Source of the DNA: Octopus vulgaris
Lineage: Eukaryota
DNA: 64,000 nucleotides
Direction: 5' to 3'
Assembly (NCBI GenBank): GCA_951406725.2
Contig: OX597823.1
Coordinates: 33,852,001-33,916,000 of the forward strand
Made by a program: the position numbers and the translations under genes
The notes under the pieces: generated by a model
Told to the model about the DNA's origin: nothing
Seen by the model: only the letters and a program-made list of their open reading frames with translations
The model's database searches: none
Shown: in pieces, positions 52,178 through 64,000 of the stretch
Layout of the letters: each line of letters starts with the position of its first letter
Position numbering within the stretch: position 1 is the stretch's first letter

Positions 52178-53013
52178 AGTATAAGGGTATATTGTGAATG
52201 TAGGGTGACATGATGTGACTAAACTGTGACATGTAACTGTATGATGGTGGTATGAACGCCTGGAGATGTGGGTGACATGTGACTGAATAGTCATGTGACT
52301 GTATTGTGATGTGATAAATCACAGTTGCTCAACTAGATAAGGTGTCATGTCTCAACTGAAAAGTTGTCAATGTTTGATATTCTGTTGCTATGACAACAAC
52401 AACATTACAAACACTGAATACAGTCAGAAACTGATGTTTTTATTGCATAGAGAAGAAAGTTTATAAAAATGAAATAAGAAATACATCATTAAGTAATGTT
52501 TTGACAAAATAAATTGTTGTTGTTGTTGTTTAGTTCTAGATCAGTCTTGCTCCAGCAGACTTAGAATCATTTGTTCCAATGTGACCATTCCATCTGTTAT
52601 TCAGGATTAGAGCTATCCAGGACTACATTGTACTATATGCTCTCTTTTGAAGATAGCATGGTGTGTTTTTGAGACAGATTTGACTGCTATTTCAAACAAA
52701 TTAAGGAAGCTCATAATTGGCTTGCTAATTTGAATTCCTGATAATTTTTAATAGCTTAATCAGAGAATGAAGGGATTTCCATCCCCACTCCATTACTCTT
52801 TCCAGTGCCACTGAAACCTGGCCCAAATATTTGCATCAAGGTAGAATTCTCCAGCTAAAGGCATTGAAAAGCTGTGTAGCGGTGTTCAACTGAGTGTTGG
52901 ATTAATTAAATGATAATGTTTTAGAGTTTTAATAAAAGGAACGTTTATGTATAGAACCAACCATTAAACATTATATTCTTTGTTCTAAAAGTTCCTCTTT
53001 ATATTTTTTACAG

Positions 53014-53067
53014 ACCTGTGATTACGCTATGTTTGGACCGATGCGACTGAAGCATATCAAATTGTCA
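53014..53067 (+). CDS. Probable internal 54-nt coding exon (TCDYAMFGPMRLKHIKLS), host gene unknown
   Basis: Acceptor ttcctctttatattttttacag|, donor |gtaagt; only frame 0 is open; length is a multiple of 3; three CpGs retained in CpG-poor DNA. Confidence 0.6.
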
Positions 53068-54573
53068 GTAAGTACCATTTTGTTCTTCTCAGATGTAATT
53101 TTTTTATAGCCAAGAACTCTAAACCACATTCCAGATTCAAAGTGTTGTGTTCAGATTTTTTGGCTAAAAGTAAAAATAAAAAGGAAATTTCTGTTAAAAA
53201 TCATTTGAACTTACTACTATGGAAATCATATTCTGTATTTGATGGCATTGAAGATGAACAAGCGTATCAGGTGCAACCTCATTTCAGCAGGAAATATTCA
53301 GGAAAAAACATTTCCAATGCATTAAAGCACATAATATTGCTAAACTTTGCATATAGGACCCAGGAAGATTTTTGGGTTTTTTGAGACATTTTTTGGTGGG
53401 TAATAAAGTGTCTTATATGCCATTAAATACAGTAATTTCTGAAATTAATATGTATTTTTGTTTGGAATCATCTAGTTTATTGTCTTTGCAACTGTTTCTG
53501 ACATCAGTGTCCATATAAAAACCACTTTTTATTTAATTGTTTACACACAGACTGTGCATATATTTATTCTGTTACTGTTAGCTTGGTTTGTGATGTGGTG
53601 AAGTTCAGCCATGTCTACAACATGTTGAATGATTGAGTAATATATTTTTATTGGATAAGGTCTCTTTCTATAACAGTTTTCTGCCCACTCTAGGATTTGA
53701 ACCTATCACTCCAAAGTAAAGCCTTACCAATTATCGGTTTATTCACTGTTACAAGCAGCCATTGTTGTATAGTGACATTAACAATTAATGTCTTTCCCAG
53801 AAATGGGATCCCCTGCATTGACATGATATGAACCATCAGTCACTTTGTCAGAATATTAATAACCTATTGGCTTTAACCAGCTGCACCTGTCATTCTGTTG
53901 CACCTTAACTTTTCAAAGACAATATTCTAGTTTCCCAGTTGTTATCTGCTTTCAGTTTGATTTTCTAACCAAGCATTGCACATTTTGTTTCCAATAGCAC
54001 TGGAAGCAGATTAAGGATTAAGTGTGTGTATGGTGGGCTAAATCCCTGCAGACACCTGAAAATAATTATGCAATATATTCTGCTAATTTAGATAGGTTGC
54101 AATGACAAACATACCCCATTCCAGTTAATTATACAAGTTGTATGACTGGGTATTGAACCTGTGTAGCTGCATTTAAGGCTTCCAGTTCACATCTCTTGAA
54201 TTATTTATGGTTTATATGTTGACCAACTTATTGTCTCGAAAGTCTTGTACTAAATTAATCAGGGACTGAGATTTTCTTACCGATTTTCCTTTCAAGCTTA
54301 TCCTTTGTTTCTGTTCATTTATTTTAGTTTTTCTGTGTTTTTTTTAACTCTTATCTAAACTTCTTTTATTGTACTTAGCTTCTAGCGTGGACTTATTCTC
54401 CATCATCCCTCTCTCTCTTTCTCACTCAGCAAATACACACACACACATTATATATATATATATATATATCAACAATTGAGGGTAAAATTAATTAGTTATT
54501 AATCAATTTCACCAAGTATTCAGTATGTAAAAGGACCATTTAAGGCGAATTCAAAATTTTACTAAGCCCTAAT

Positions 54574-54656
<83 letters not shown>

Positions 54657-54819
54657 TGTATGTATGTATGTACAGGGAAAAGTGTTTTGCTTTTTTTTAT
54701 TTGTTTCCTTCCTGTTCTTTTATTATCCAAATCAGTTCCCTTTCCTTGCTTCTGACTATTTTTATAATCCTGTTCCTGTTATTTTACAATAGATTATCAT
54801 CATCATCATTGTTCAGAAT

Positions 54820-55185
54820 CAAATCAAATTACATTCAAATGGAGATTGTAGTTGTGACCCCTGTGCCAGTGGCACATAAAAAGCACTACCCAAACGTGGT
54901 CGATGCCAGTGCTGCCTTGACTGGCTTCTGTGCCGGTGGCACGTAACAAGCACCATCCAATCGTGGTCGATGCCAGCTCCTCTGGCCTCTGTGCCAGGGG
55001 CACGTAAAAAGCACCCACTACACTCTCAGAGTGGTTGGCATTAGGAAGGGCATCCAGCTGTAGAACCTCTGCCAGATCAGATTGGAGCCTGGTATGACCT
55101 CCTGGTTTCCCAGACCCCAGTCAAACCGTCCAACCCATGCCAGCATGGAAAACGGACGTTAAACGATGATGATAATGATGATGAT
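54820..55185 (+). mobile_element. RTE 3'UTR-type repeat
   Basis: Matches 28585-28866. Confidence 0.85.
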
Positions 55186-55414
55186 CTTCTTGTCATCATC
55201 TTCAACATCATTTCTCTTATGTGTTTTACTGCATGATAGGGTGCAGCAATGTGCACGCTGGTTATGTGCAATGTTTTGTTTTATTTTATTTATTTCTCAT
55301 TGTAATTGCAATACTCTGCACATTGTATGCATCCAGTGCCTAGGAAATGCGACCGCCTCCCTATATTGTGCATGTTTTACTTCTGGGATTTGGGTTGTGT
55401 ATTGTTATTATCCC

Positions 55415-55737
55415 TTATCTTTTACTTGTTTCAGTCATTAGACTGTGGCCATACTGGAGCACTGCCTTGAAGAATTTTTAGACAAATCAATCGATCCCAT
55501 TGTTAATTTTCTTTTTTAAGCCTGACACTTATTCTATCAGTCTCTTTTGCCAAACTGCTAATGTTACAGGGATGTAAACACAGACACACACAATGGGCTT
55601 CTTTCAGTTTCCCTCTACCAAATCTACCCACAAAGCTTTAGTTGGCTGAAGCTCTAGTAGAAGACACTAGCCCAAAGTGCCACGCAGTGGGACTGAACCA
55701 TGTGGTTGGGAAGCAAGTTTCATACCACACAGCCACG
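55415..55737 (-). mobile_element. SINE family 2 copy
   Basis: Reverse complement of 48503-48916. Confidence 0.8.
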
Positions 55738-57806
55738 GTGGTTTATATGTTTTTACACATTCTCAAGACATCTATCAGTTTAGAGATTGTTTTTTTGGTT
55801 CTGTTTTTTGGTTATCTTTATTTACAGATCTTTACATTTAGATAATTTCTCTGTATTTCCTTTGGAGACACATTATCATTTGTTGAAATTGAGATTTTGA
55901 TTAGGAAGTATTTCCTTTCCTGCTTGTCCTTGACAACAATATCTGGTCAATAAACATTGATCACTTAGTCTGTTTTGGATTGGCATAGTCCAGAGTATGG
56001 TCTCTTTGTCATTCTCTGAGACCCTTTTTACCTAGTGTATGTTTCTACATATTTTCTCTGGTTTAGCATTGTTGTTGTTGCTTATCCCTGGTCAAGCAGA
56101 TAAAGATGATGAAAAACACTTCAGCCTTAAACATCCCTTCTTCATTCAGATATGGGGTATGTAAAACTTCATTATCTATTGTGACTTCATTTGAAGGAGA
56201 TCTGACTGCTATTTATAGGAGGTTGAGCAACTACATAGAGATTGCACCTTGGTGGCATTAACATCAACTGCACAAAAGCCCGCAACCGTATTATACCTGA
56301 ATATTTATTCTCTTGCAACCAAGAATCAGCAGCCAGTGAGTATCTGATTGATTTATTGCCATCTTCACATTTTCTGCTTCGTTCAGTGGAATTTGATGGG
56401 ATCATTGTAACCTTGTGTTGCAGTCAAAAATCAATTAATGTCAATTTTTGCTCTTAAAATTCCTCTGGTGCTTTCTCAGTATAAATCTCCCAATCTTGTT
56501 AGAAACTGGAGACATCGATGAAATGCTGTTAGTCCAGTATAAATATCATAAAAATATAACTCTCAGCTGAACTTGGGTGAATTTTGATGTTATGATATAA
56601 TGATTGTTGATGTACATTGAAAAGGTGGTTCTTACCTTTTGTCGATTTTTATCTCATATGTCACTTTCACCTGCCAAGGTACATTGAATACAGTTGTGTT
56701 GATTACACATAAGTGTTTTTAGATATATTTACAAGACATTGATTACTGAGCATTGATTTCCTGTCTCAAAACTGAATTTCTGTTCCAGTTAGTCTTTGTA
56801 ACATTTAAATTACATCAGTAAATTTGTATGTATTTTTTAATCCTTACCATTCACTAATGAAAGCATTGATTCAGTATCAACTTCATGGTAACTCCACTCC
56901 TATCTACAATCGATAAATCCCGATATCACTTGCTTTGTTAGCATTTATAGATGACATAGAAATATTGCATTAATTATTTTCTCCAAGTCCAAGCTCCCTT
57001 TCTCTATTTAAATCATTTATAAACAATTAATATCTTAAATCAATCAATAAATAGTATCAATGAATTCTAACTCACTGCTAGAGGAATTAGCCACCATGAT
57101 GCACAAAAATCGAAGCCAGAGAAATTCAATTAATAAAATACAAAAGACACACATGGTGCAAACAGGAATTCTTTTGACAAGAAGTTCTCTCTAAAATAAA
57201 GTTAAACTTTGTTGCCCCACCACCACCACCACTCTGTCACCACCACCACTCTGCCACTACCACCACTCTGCCACTACCACCACCACCACCACCAATCTGC
57301 CACCACCAAAGAGTGCTTAGTTTTTGACTCCAGATAACAACACTATTTTTTTTATTTTGGTTGCATCTCATCAATATGTAACATCTCATCTGATATGTAA
57401 CTGCATCATTAAATGGCCTTGTCATTTTGTTACGGACCCTAACCTTCCCTAGTATATTCTATACCTTGCTGAAGTACCTTGCTGTAGAATAGCCAAACAA
57501 CAGAATAACCTCAGTCAATGTCTTCCTTCTCCTACGAGTGTCTCAGAGTGTACCTAAAGGTAAAAAGGTCCCCTGTTCTTTACTCAAAACAATCAGGGAG
57601 ATTCTGATTTGGAGAGGTAATAGAAACCAGATGGCTCCCTTCTGTCTTATCACTGCAAAGCATCCTTTATCTCAACCCACCATATCACATTATTTATGAA
57701 GAAATAAGATGGCAAGCTGGTATTTCCTCTGTTTTTATGTTCCTTCAAATTCCACTGATGTTGACTTTGCCTTTCATTGTTTTTTGGGTTGATAAATTAA
57801 GTACCA

Positions 57807-58290
57807 TTAGAAATTACTATTTTTAAATCTCACAACGAGAGATCTTCAGCAACAGTACTTTGTAGTAAAGATTGTTTGCCAACATAACATGGCAGTCCTG
57901 GTTTAGGATGAATGTTGCTGTAATTTAGCCCTAGGGGACATCGTCTCCAGTTGGCTATACGACACGATCTGTGTCCTTATATTTTTGAACAAGGGAATCT
58001 AGCACCCCCATTCAGCTCAAAACAATATCTTTGTATTGCAATTTCCAGGTTATTTCCCTTCATCTAGCCAAACATTTATTTTGTGCTGATGAAGGGAAAT
58101 AACCCGGAAATTGCGATACACAGTTATTGTTTTGTGCTGAGCGGGAGTGCTAGATTCCCTTGTTCAAAAATATAAGGACAAAGATCGTGCCATATAGCCA
58201 GCTGGAGACGATGTCTTCTGGGGCTAAATTACAGCAACATTCATCCTAAACCAGGGCTGTCATGTTATGTTGATAAACAATCTTAACTCC
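57807..58290. mobile_element. Fold-back hammerhead element, family B, with 13-bp TSD, inserted in a family 1 SINE
   Basis: About 195-bp inverted arms; aaattaagtacca at 57794-57806 versus aaattatgtacca at 58291-58303; the SINE resumes after the insert. Confidence 0.9.
58082..58122 (+). ncRNA. Minimal hammerhead ribozyme motif, intact core
   Basis: tgtg-CTGATGA-a ggg aaataa ccc g-GAAA-ttgcga-TA-caca; stem I tgtg/caca; near-palindromic stem III. Confidence 0.8.
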
Positions 58291-59070
58291 AAATTATGTA
58301 CCAATTGCATACTGGGGTCGATCTAATCGACTGCCCCCTCCCCCAAAATTTCAGGATTTGTGCCTAGAGTAGAAAAGATTATTTATGAAGAAATGTTGAG
58401 AAATATCACTTTGTTTCATTTATGTTGAGATGTCTTTAGTTATTTGGTGATAAATCCTTTCTTATTGATCCATATTAACTTTAAGCATGATATCCACTAG
58501 CTAATGTTGATGTGTCTTTAATCATGCTATAATAATGACTCTCATAATTTTATATCTTAATCTTGTCATCAAATCCTGATCTTACGTTGATGTCTCTTTA
58601 ATCATATTACAATCAAAAATAATTTCTCGACAAAGATAATCTAATTACTCTCTTCTCTACTCTCTCATGACATGGTTTTAAAATTAATTTAGAGTTATAA
58701 TAAGTACACGTGATGTCCAGCATGATAATGATTCTGCAAGCTTGCCATAATGATGACAACAATGATGATGATGATGATGATGATGATGACGACGACGACG
58801 ACGACGACGATGGTGATGCTGATGCTGATGATCTCCTCGTCCTTCTCCTCCTATGAAATTGTTGGGTGGGGGGTGAATTACATTGACCTTAGTGCTCAAC
58901 TGGCCCTTATTTTATTGACCCTGAAGAGAGGAAAAGCAAAGTCGACCTCAGTGCGATTTGAACTCAGAATGTAAAGATGGAGGAAATGCTGCTGAGCCTT
59001 TTGTCCAATGTCCTAATGACTCCGCTAGCTTACTGTTTTAATAATAATAATGATGATGATAACAACAACG

Positions 59071-59146
<76 letters not shown>

Positions 59147-59322
59147 TAATAATGATGATGATGATAATAATAATGGTTTTAAATTTTTGCACAAAGCCAG
59201 CAATTTGGTACTTATTTTATTGACCCCGAAAGAATGAAAGGCAATGTCAATGTCAGCAAAATTTGAATAATGATGATGATGAGGAGGAGGAGGATGACGA
59301 CGACGATGACGATGATGACAAC

Positions 59323-59357
<35 letters not shown>

Positions 59358-59444
59358 CGACAACGATGATGACGACGACAACGATGACAATGATGACAAC
59401 GATGATGATGAAGAAGAAGAAGAAGAAGAAGAAGAAGAAGAAGA

Positions 59445-59640
59445 AGAAATAGCAAAGTACAAGGACCTAGCTAGTGAATTACAGAGACTAGGGAAAGTGC
59501 AGGTAAAATGTATCCCAGTAGTTGTAGGTGCATTGGGAACAATCCCTAAAGATCTGAACAGATGGATAGTTTAGTACAGCTGCAGAAAACAGTGTTATTA
59601 GGGACAGCTAAGATACTTAGGAGGGTTCTTGGCATTTAAG
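59445..59640 (+). mobile_element. C-terminal fragment of a second RLE-type non-LTR retrotransposon
   Basis: IAKYKDLASELQRL...IPVVVGALGTIPKDL...LQKTVLLGTAKILRRVL. Confidence 0.8.
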
Positions 59641-59720
59641 GTTACTTGTTGTAGCCCAATGTTAGGATTTTTTCTTTTCCAACAGTCTTGCCTGTTGTGT
59701 GTATGTGAATGTGATGGTGG

Positions 59721-59754
<34 letters not shown>

Positions 59755-59808
59755 GGTGGTGGTGGTGGCGGCGGCGGCGGTGGTGGTGGTGATGCAGCAG
59801 CAGCAGCA

Positions 59809-60355
59809 GCAGTACCAGGCAGTGGCTCTCATGGCTTCTGATCTTAACTGATTGGAAGTGTTATCATATACATTGTTTTGTCTTGGTATAAAAGATATGC
59901 TACAGCAAATATTCTGCTCAATACCACAGATTTGCTTGTCAGTTGCTTGACCATAAGCTAGTTAACCATGTCCCTTAGTGGCTGACAATATGTGCATCTC
60001 TGATCATGAGCAAAAGTAGTGGGAGAGCATCATAACCGTGTGTTGAAAGGAATTCTTAGAGGTTTGGATAATTCGCCTTTGGAAACATGGATGGTTCATT
60101 CAACATCCTTAAACAATCCTTATTCAGGGACCTTTTGAGCGGGATGGGCTACTCGACCAGAAGAAAATTCTAACTGGACCCCACTTGCAAAGTCATGCGC
60201 TGTTTTTCTTGATATGAGATCACCATATCGCGCACATATTGTTGTGATGCATGTGCCTGGTGTACCCTTACCAGATGGGTAGTCATAATGGGTATACTGG
60301 ACTTTGTATATTTTACCCCAGTGTCACTTTAATGACATGCACTGCTCTCTCACTC
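59809..60355 (+). mobile_element. About 0.55-kb non-coding interspersed element ending in (AAT)n
   Basis: Second copy of 51274-51785. Confidence 0.85.
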
Positions 60356-60380
60356 AATAATAATAATAATAATAATAATG

Positions 60381-60414
<34 letters not shown>

Positions 60415-60705
60415 TAATAATAATAATGATAATAATAATAATTAATAGCAATTAGCACATAGCTGGTCATAATATATGGTTCTGTGACTAAAACATATCC
60501 TCAATAATTTCTATAGACTTTATACTGCATAACTTCTAAAAAAACTGTACTGTATATATTACATAGAAAACTCTGAAAGTTAGTGATTGTAAATTGATAA
60601 AAGAAAAGATTGTCAGAGATTAATGAGTTCTAAGGAAACACTTCTGTTACCAAATTTCTACTGGAATATACTTTGTTTCAATTAATTTTGAAAATAATGA
60701 AGAAA

Positions 60706-61311
60706 GGCACAGGAGTGGCTGTGTGGTAAGTAGCTTGTTTACCAACCACATGGCTCCAGGTTCAGTCCCACTTTGTAGCACCTTTGGCAAGTGTTTTCTA
60801 CTATAGCCTCGGGCCGATCAAAGCTGTGTTAGTGGATTTGGTAGGCGGAAACTGAAAGAAGCCCATATATATATATATATATATATAAATAGATTAGTGG
60901 TACAACAAGGCACCAATATTTACTGGAAATAGCAGTCGATACATATAACACACTATAGTAAAGCTTCACTGCATATATACTGGCAAAGATGTGTGAGTGC
61001 AACAAACATGAAAAATTTGTCTTACCTCTAGGAAGAACATTTGATAAATGGACACCCAGAATCAGATAATGCAGGACCGGTTTCTGACTCTTCAAATACG
61101 TTTGTCAACATACATTTGATCCGTCTTCATCAGGTACATTTACCTAGACAATTTTTCAAATGTTGCTACATTAATGCCAGTACACTCACTTGAATGCTAA
61201 GCCATTAACAGAATGAGAACAGTGAAAAAGTTTTCAATGAAGTATAAAATATTGCAATACAATTGTATTACTTTCCAGTAAAATAAAGTACTGTATATAT
61301 ATATGTGCGTG

Positions 61312-61347
<36 letters not shown>

Positions 61348-61510
61348 TGTTTGTCCCCCCACCATCACTAGACAACCGATGTTGGTGTGTTCACGTCCCC
61401 GTACTAGGCTTACAAAGAATAAGTCCTGGGGTTGATTTATTCGACTAAAGGCGGTGCTCCAGCATGGCCACAGTCAAATGACTGAAAGAAGTAAAAGAAT
61501 AAAAGAATAA
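60706..61510 (+). mobile_element. SINE family 2 split by an insert of about 400 bp at its (TA)n tract
   Basis: Head 60706-60890, tail 61292-61510. Confidence 0.8.
61068..61140 (-). ncRNA. Hammerhead ribozyme motif with long stem II
   Basis: aatgtac-CTGATGA-a gac...tcaaatg...tatttga...gtc a-GAAA-ccgg-TC-ctgcatt; stem III palindrome accggt; GUC site; one mismatch at the first pair of stem I. Confidence 0.7.
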
Positions 61511-61704
61511 AAGAAAAACTATTAAAATAACTCTGTATTAAGCAGGTATAGAGAACATAAATTAACATGAAGGTTTGATTGAAGGTTTTAATTAAAATCA
61601 TGTTAAAACAAGAAGTTTTTCTTATTGGAACAAGGGCAGTCTCAGGCAGGTTGTTATCAAAAGGGTTAAGAAGAATGTGACTAATGTTACTCATTGATTT
61701 TACA

Positions 61705-62064
61705 TTAGAAAATTACTATTTGTAAATCTCATAACAAGAGATATTCAGCAGTCCCGGTTGTTCTAATTTAGCCCCAGGAGACTTCGTCTCCAGCTGGTTA
61801 TGTGACACAATCTGTGTCCTTATATTTTCAAACTAGGGAATCTAGCACCCCAACTCAGCTCAAAGCAAATCGCAATTTCCAGGTTATTTCCCTTCATCAG
61901 CACAGAGTAATTTGTTTTGGGTTGAATGGAGGTGCTAAATTCCCTTGTTTGAAAACATAAGGACACAGATCATACTGTATAGCCAACTGGAGACGATATC
62001 TCCCGGGGCTAAATTACAGCAACATTCATCCTAAACCAGGACTGTTGGCAAACAATCTTTTCTA
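61705..62064. mobile_element. Fold-back hammerhead element, family B, with perfect 13-bp TSD
   Basis: cattgattttaca at 61692-61704 and 62065-62077; minus-strand core ctgtgCTGATGAagggaaataacctgGAAAttgcgaT at 61868-61905, lacking the 3' strand of stem I. Confidence 0.9.
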
Positions 62065-62814
62065 CATTGATTTTACACTTCACAAAAGAGCCTCCTATGA
62101 GTACTTACTGACTAAAAGTGTTAAGAAAAAAAGCAGTAAATCAATTACTGCTGCAGCTACAAAAGTTTCCCTACAAATTACATTTTGAATTGTTGGACTG
62201 TAAACATAAAGCAGCAGTAAAAAGGCATTAAGATCTCTATGGTGTCTGGGCATAAAAGCATACCTTTATATGATCACTGACGTTTTTGTTGAATGTCCCA
62301 TTATATAAATAAAACTACTTCTGACCTGGATGAACAAATGTATTCAGAATGCTATCACAGAAACAGCAGCATAATACAAAAAGAAGTCATCCCTACCAGG
62401 TATATTGAAAGCAATATCTTCCATTCCTACAGATGTTACCTCAGCAGAGCATTTCTCAAGACAATACACCATTTTATTAACGAATCTACTGCAACTATTC
62501 TTAGGTGTGTCATGAATCCCAGAATCCAAAAGACTGAGTTTAACCTGGTTTCCCTGTCATATAAAATGTGATTGGGCTTACAAACTCTCCCTGGATGGTA
62601 TGCCAGTCTCCTGTTGTGTTAACTTCCCAGCTCTTCCTGGAACTCATCAGAGTGAACTGGAACAACATAAAATGAAGTGTTTTGCTCAAGAACACAATTT
62701 GCATCTGTGTTAGGAGTGCAACAGACCAAACAGGCCACATATCCTGCAACCAGCTCCAGCCAAATAATGTAAGCATAATTTTACAATACTGTAACAAAGA
62801 TGCTCCACGTATAG

Positions 62815-63236
62815 GTGCAGGCGTCGCTGTTTGGTAAGAAGCTTGCTTTCCAACCACATGGTTCCAGGTTCAGTTCCACTGTGTGGCACTTTGGACAAGT
62901 GTCTTCTACTATAGCCTTGGGCTGACCAAAGTTTTGTGTGTGGATTTGGTAGACGGAAAACTGGAAGAAGCCCATCATGTGTATACACACACACACACAT
63001 ATATGTATATATATATATATGTATGTATATATTTGTATGTCTGTGTTTGTCCTCCTACCATCACTTGACAACCAATTTTGGTGTGTTTGCATCCCTGTAA
63101 CTTAGCAGTTCAGCATAAGAAACTGATAGAATAAGTACTACACTTACAGAGAGTGAGTCCTGGGATTAATTTGTTTGACTAAAAGCAATGCTCCAGCATG
63201 GCCACACTCAAATGACTGACACAAGAATAAAAGAAT
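62815..63236 (+). mobile_element. Full-length SINE family 2 copy
   Basis: Matches 48503-48916 end to end. Confidence 0.85.
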
Positions 63237-64000
63237 ACCCTTGACTACCTAATCTCAATTCCCTTCGACAAAAGCATTCTGTGATATTCACATTAAACTT
63301 AGAAAATAGCAATGTGTAACATTTATGGAGGAACTTTAACATTGAGACAATTCATCTTCATTGACAAACAGGGAATAACTGAGAACATCTTCCTACAAGA
63401 CTGCCACTATTAACCATCTACAGAATGTCAGGATTGAAGTTCCACAGACCATTTTGCATGGCTGGGTAGTTGACTGTGAATATTAGACAAGAATCCGAGT
63501 GACAGGTGCCCTCTTTCTTGAACCACATGTGACCCTAGGGAGACTATACCTGTTCACCATCCAGAGATATTCCAGTTACAGTAGCAGTACAAAAATGCCC
63601 ATCACTGATAAGAGCATGTCAAGACATCTTCTTTATCAATGTAAGCAGTAGATTGACCACCTGTTTCTTTCATGGGAAAGAAATAGAGCAGAAATTTTAA
63701 TCTGAGAGTAAATGTCTTAATCAGAATACCACTGTTCACTATGTTGTTAACCTACCAATAATGTATACTGTGTTGTTAATTCAAAACTTCTGTACACTTT
63801 GGTGTTAACTACCGCTGCCACCACCACCAACGACAACACCACCACCGCCGCCGCCACCACTCAAGTGTCAACTACATACACCACAGCACTGTACCTTCAT
63901 ATCATCTTCCTAGTTAAAGCAATAATGACTGTCTATCTTTTCATTAAACAAGTAACAGAGTGACTTTTCATGAAATTGTAAGATTATAAACTATGATGAA

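Noticed and set aside
62280-63740. Coding-looking fragments here and at 18580-18960, 31050-31280, 46630-48060 and 56200-57000
   Set aside because: Many stops and no motif I can name confidently; probably ancient transposon debris.

Overview
AT-rich, microsatellite-dense eukaryotic DNA whose repeat content (tRNA-derived SINEs, RTE and R4/Dong-like LINEs, Tc1/mariner and hAT fossils) looks like an octopus (coleoid cephalopod) genome; the species call is an inference. No intact long gene is present, and most ORFs in the track are microsatellite or transposon artefacts. The main signal is a set of short elements from about six unrelated sequence families, each carrying a minimal type I hammerhead ribozyme motif (CUGAUGA...GAAA...UH with a palindromic stem III). 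Most are fold-back (inverted) insertions, four have 12-13 bp target-site duplications, and two fossil Penelope-type GIY-YIG endonuclease fragments lie nearby. This suggests a system of non-autonomous, ribozyme-bearing elements mobilised by Penelope-like elements (PLEs). Also proposed from splice signals only: a small minus-strand gene for a 68-aa secreted peptide (32235-32567), and a plus-strand exon (53014-53067) that may splice to a signal-peptide exon at 3213-3260. Repeat boundaries were read by eye and are approximate.
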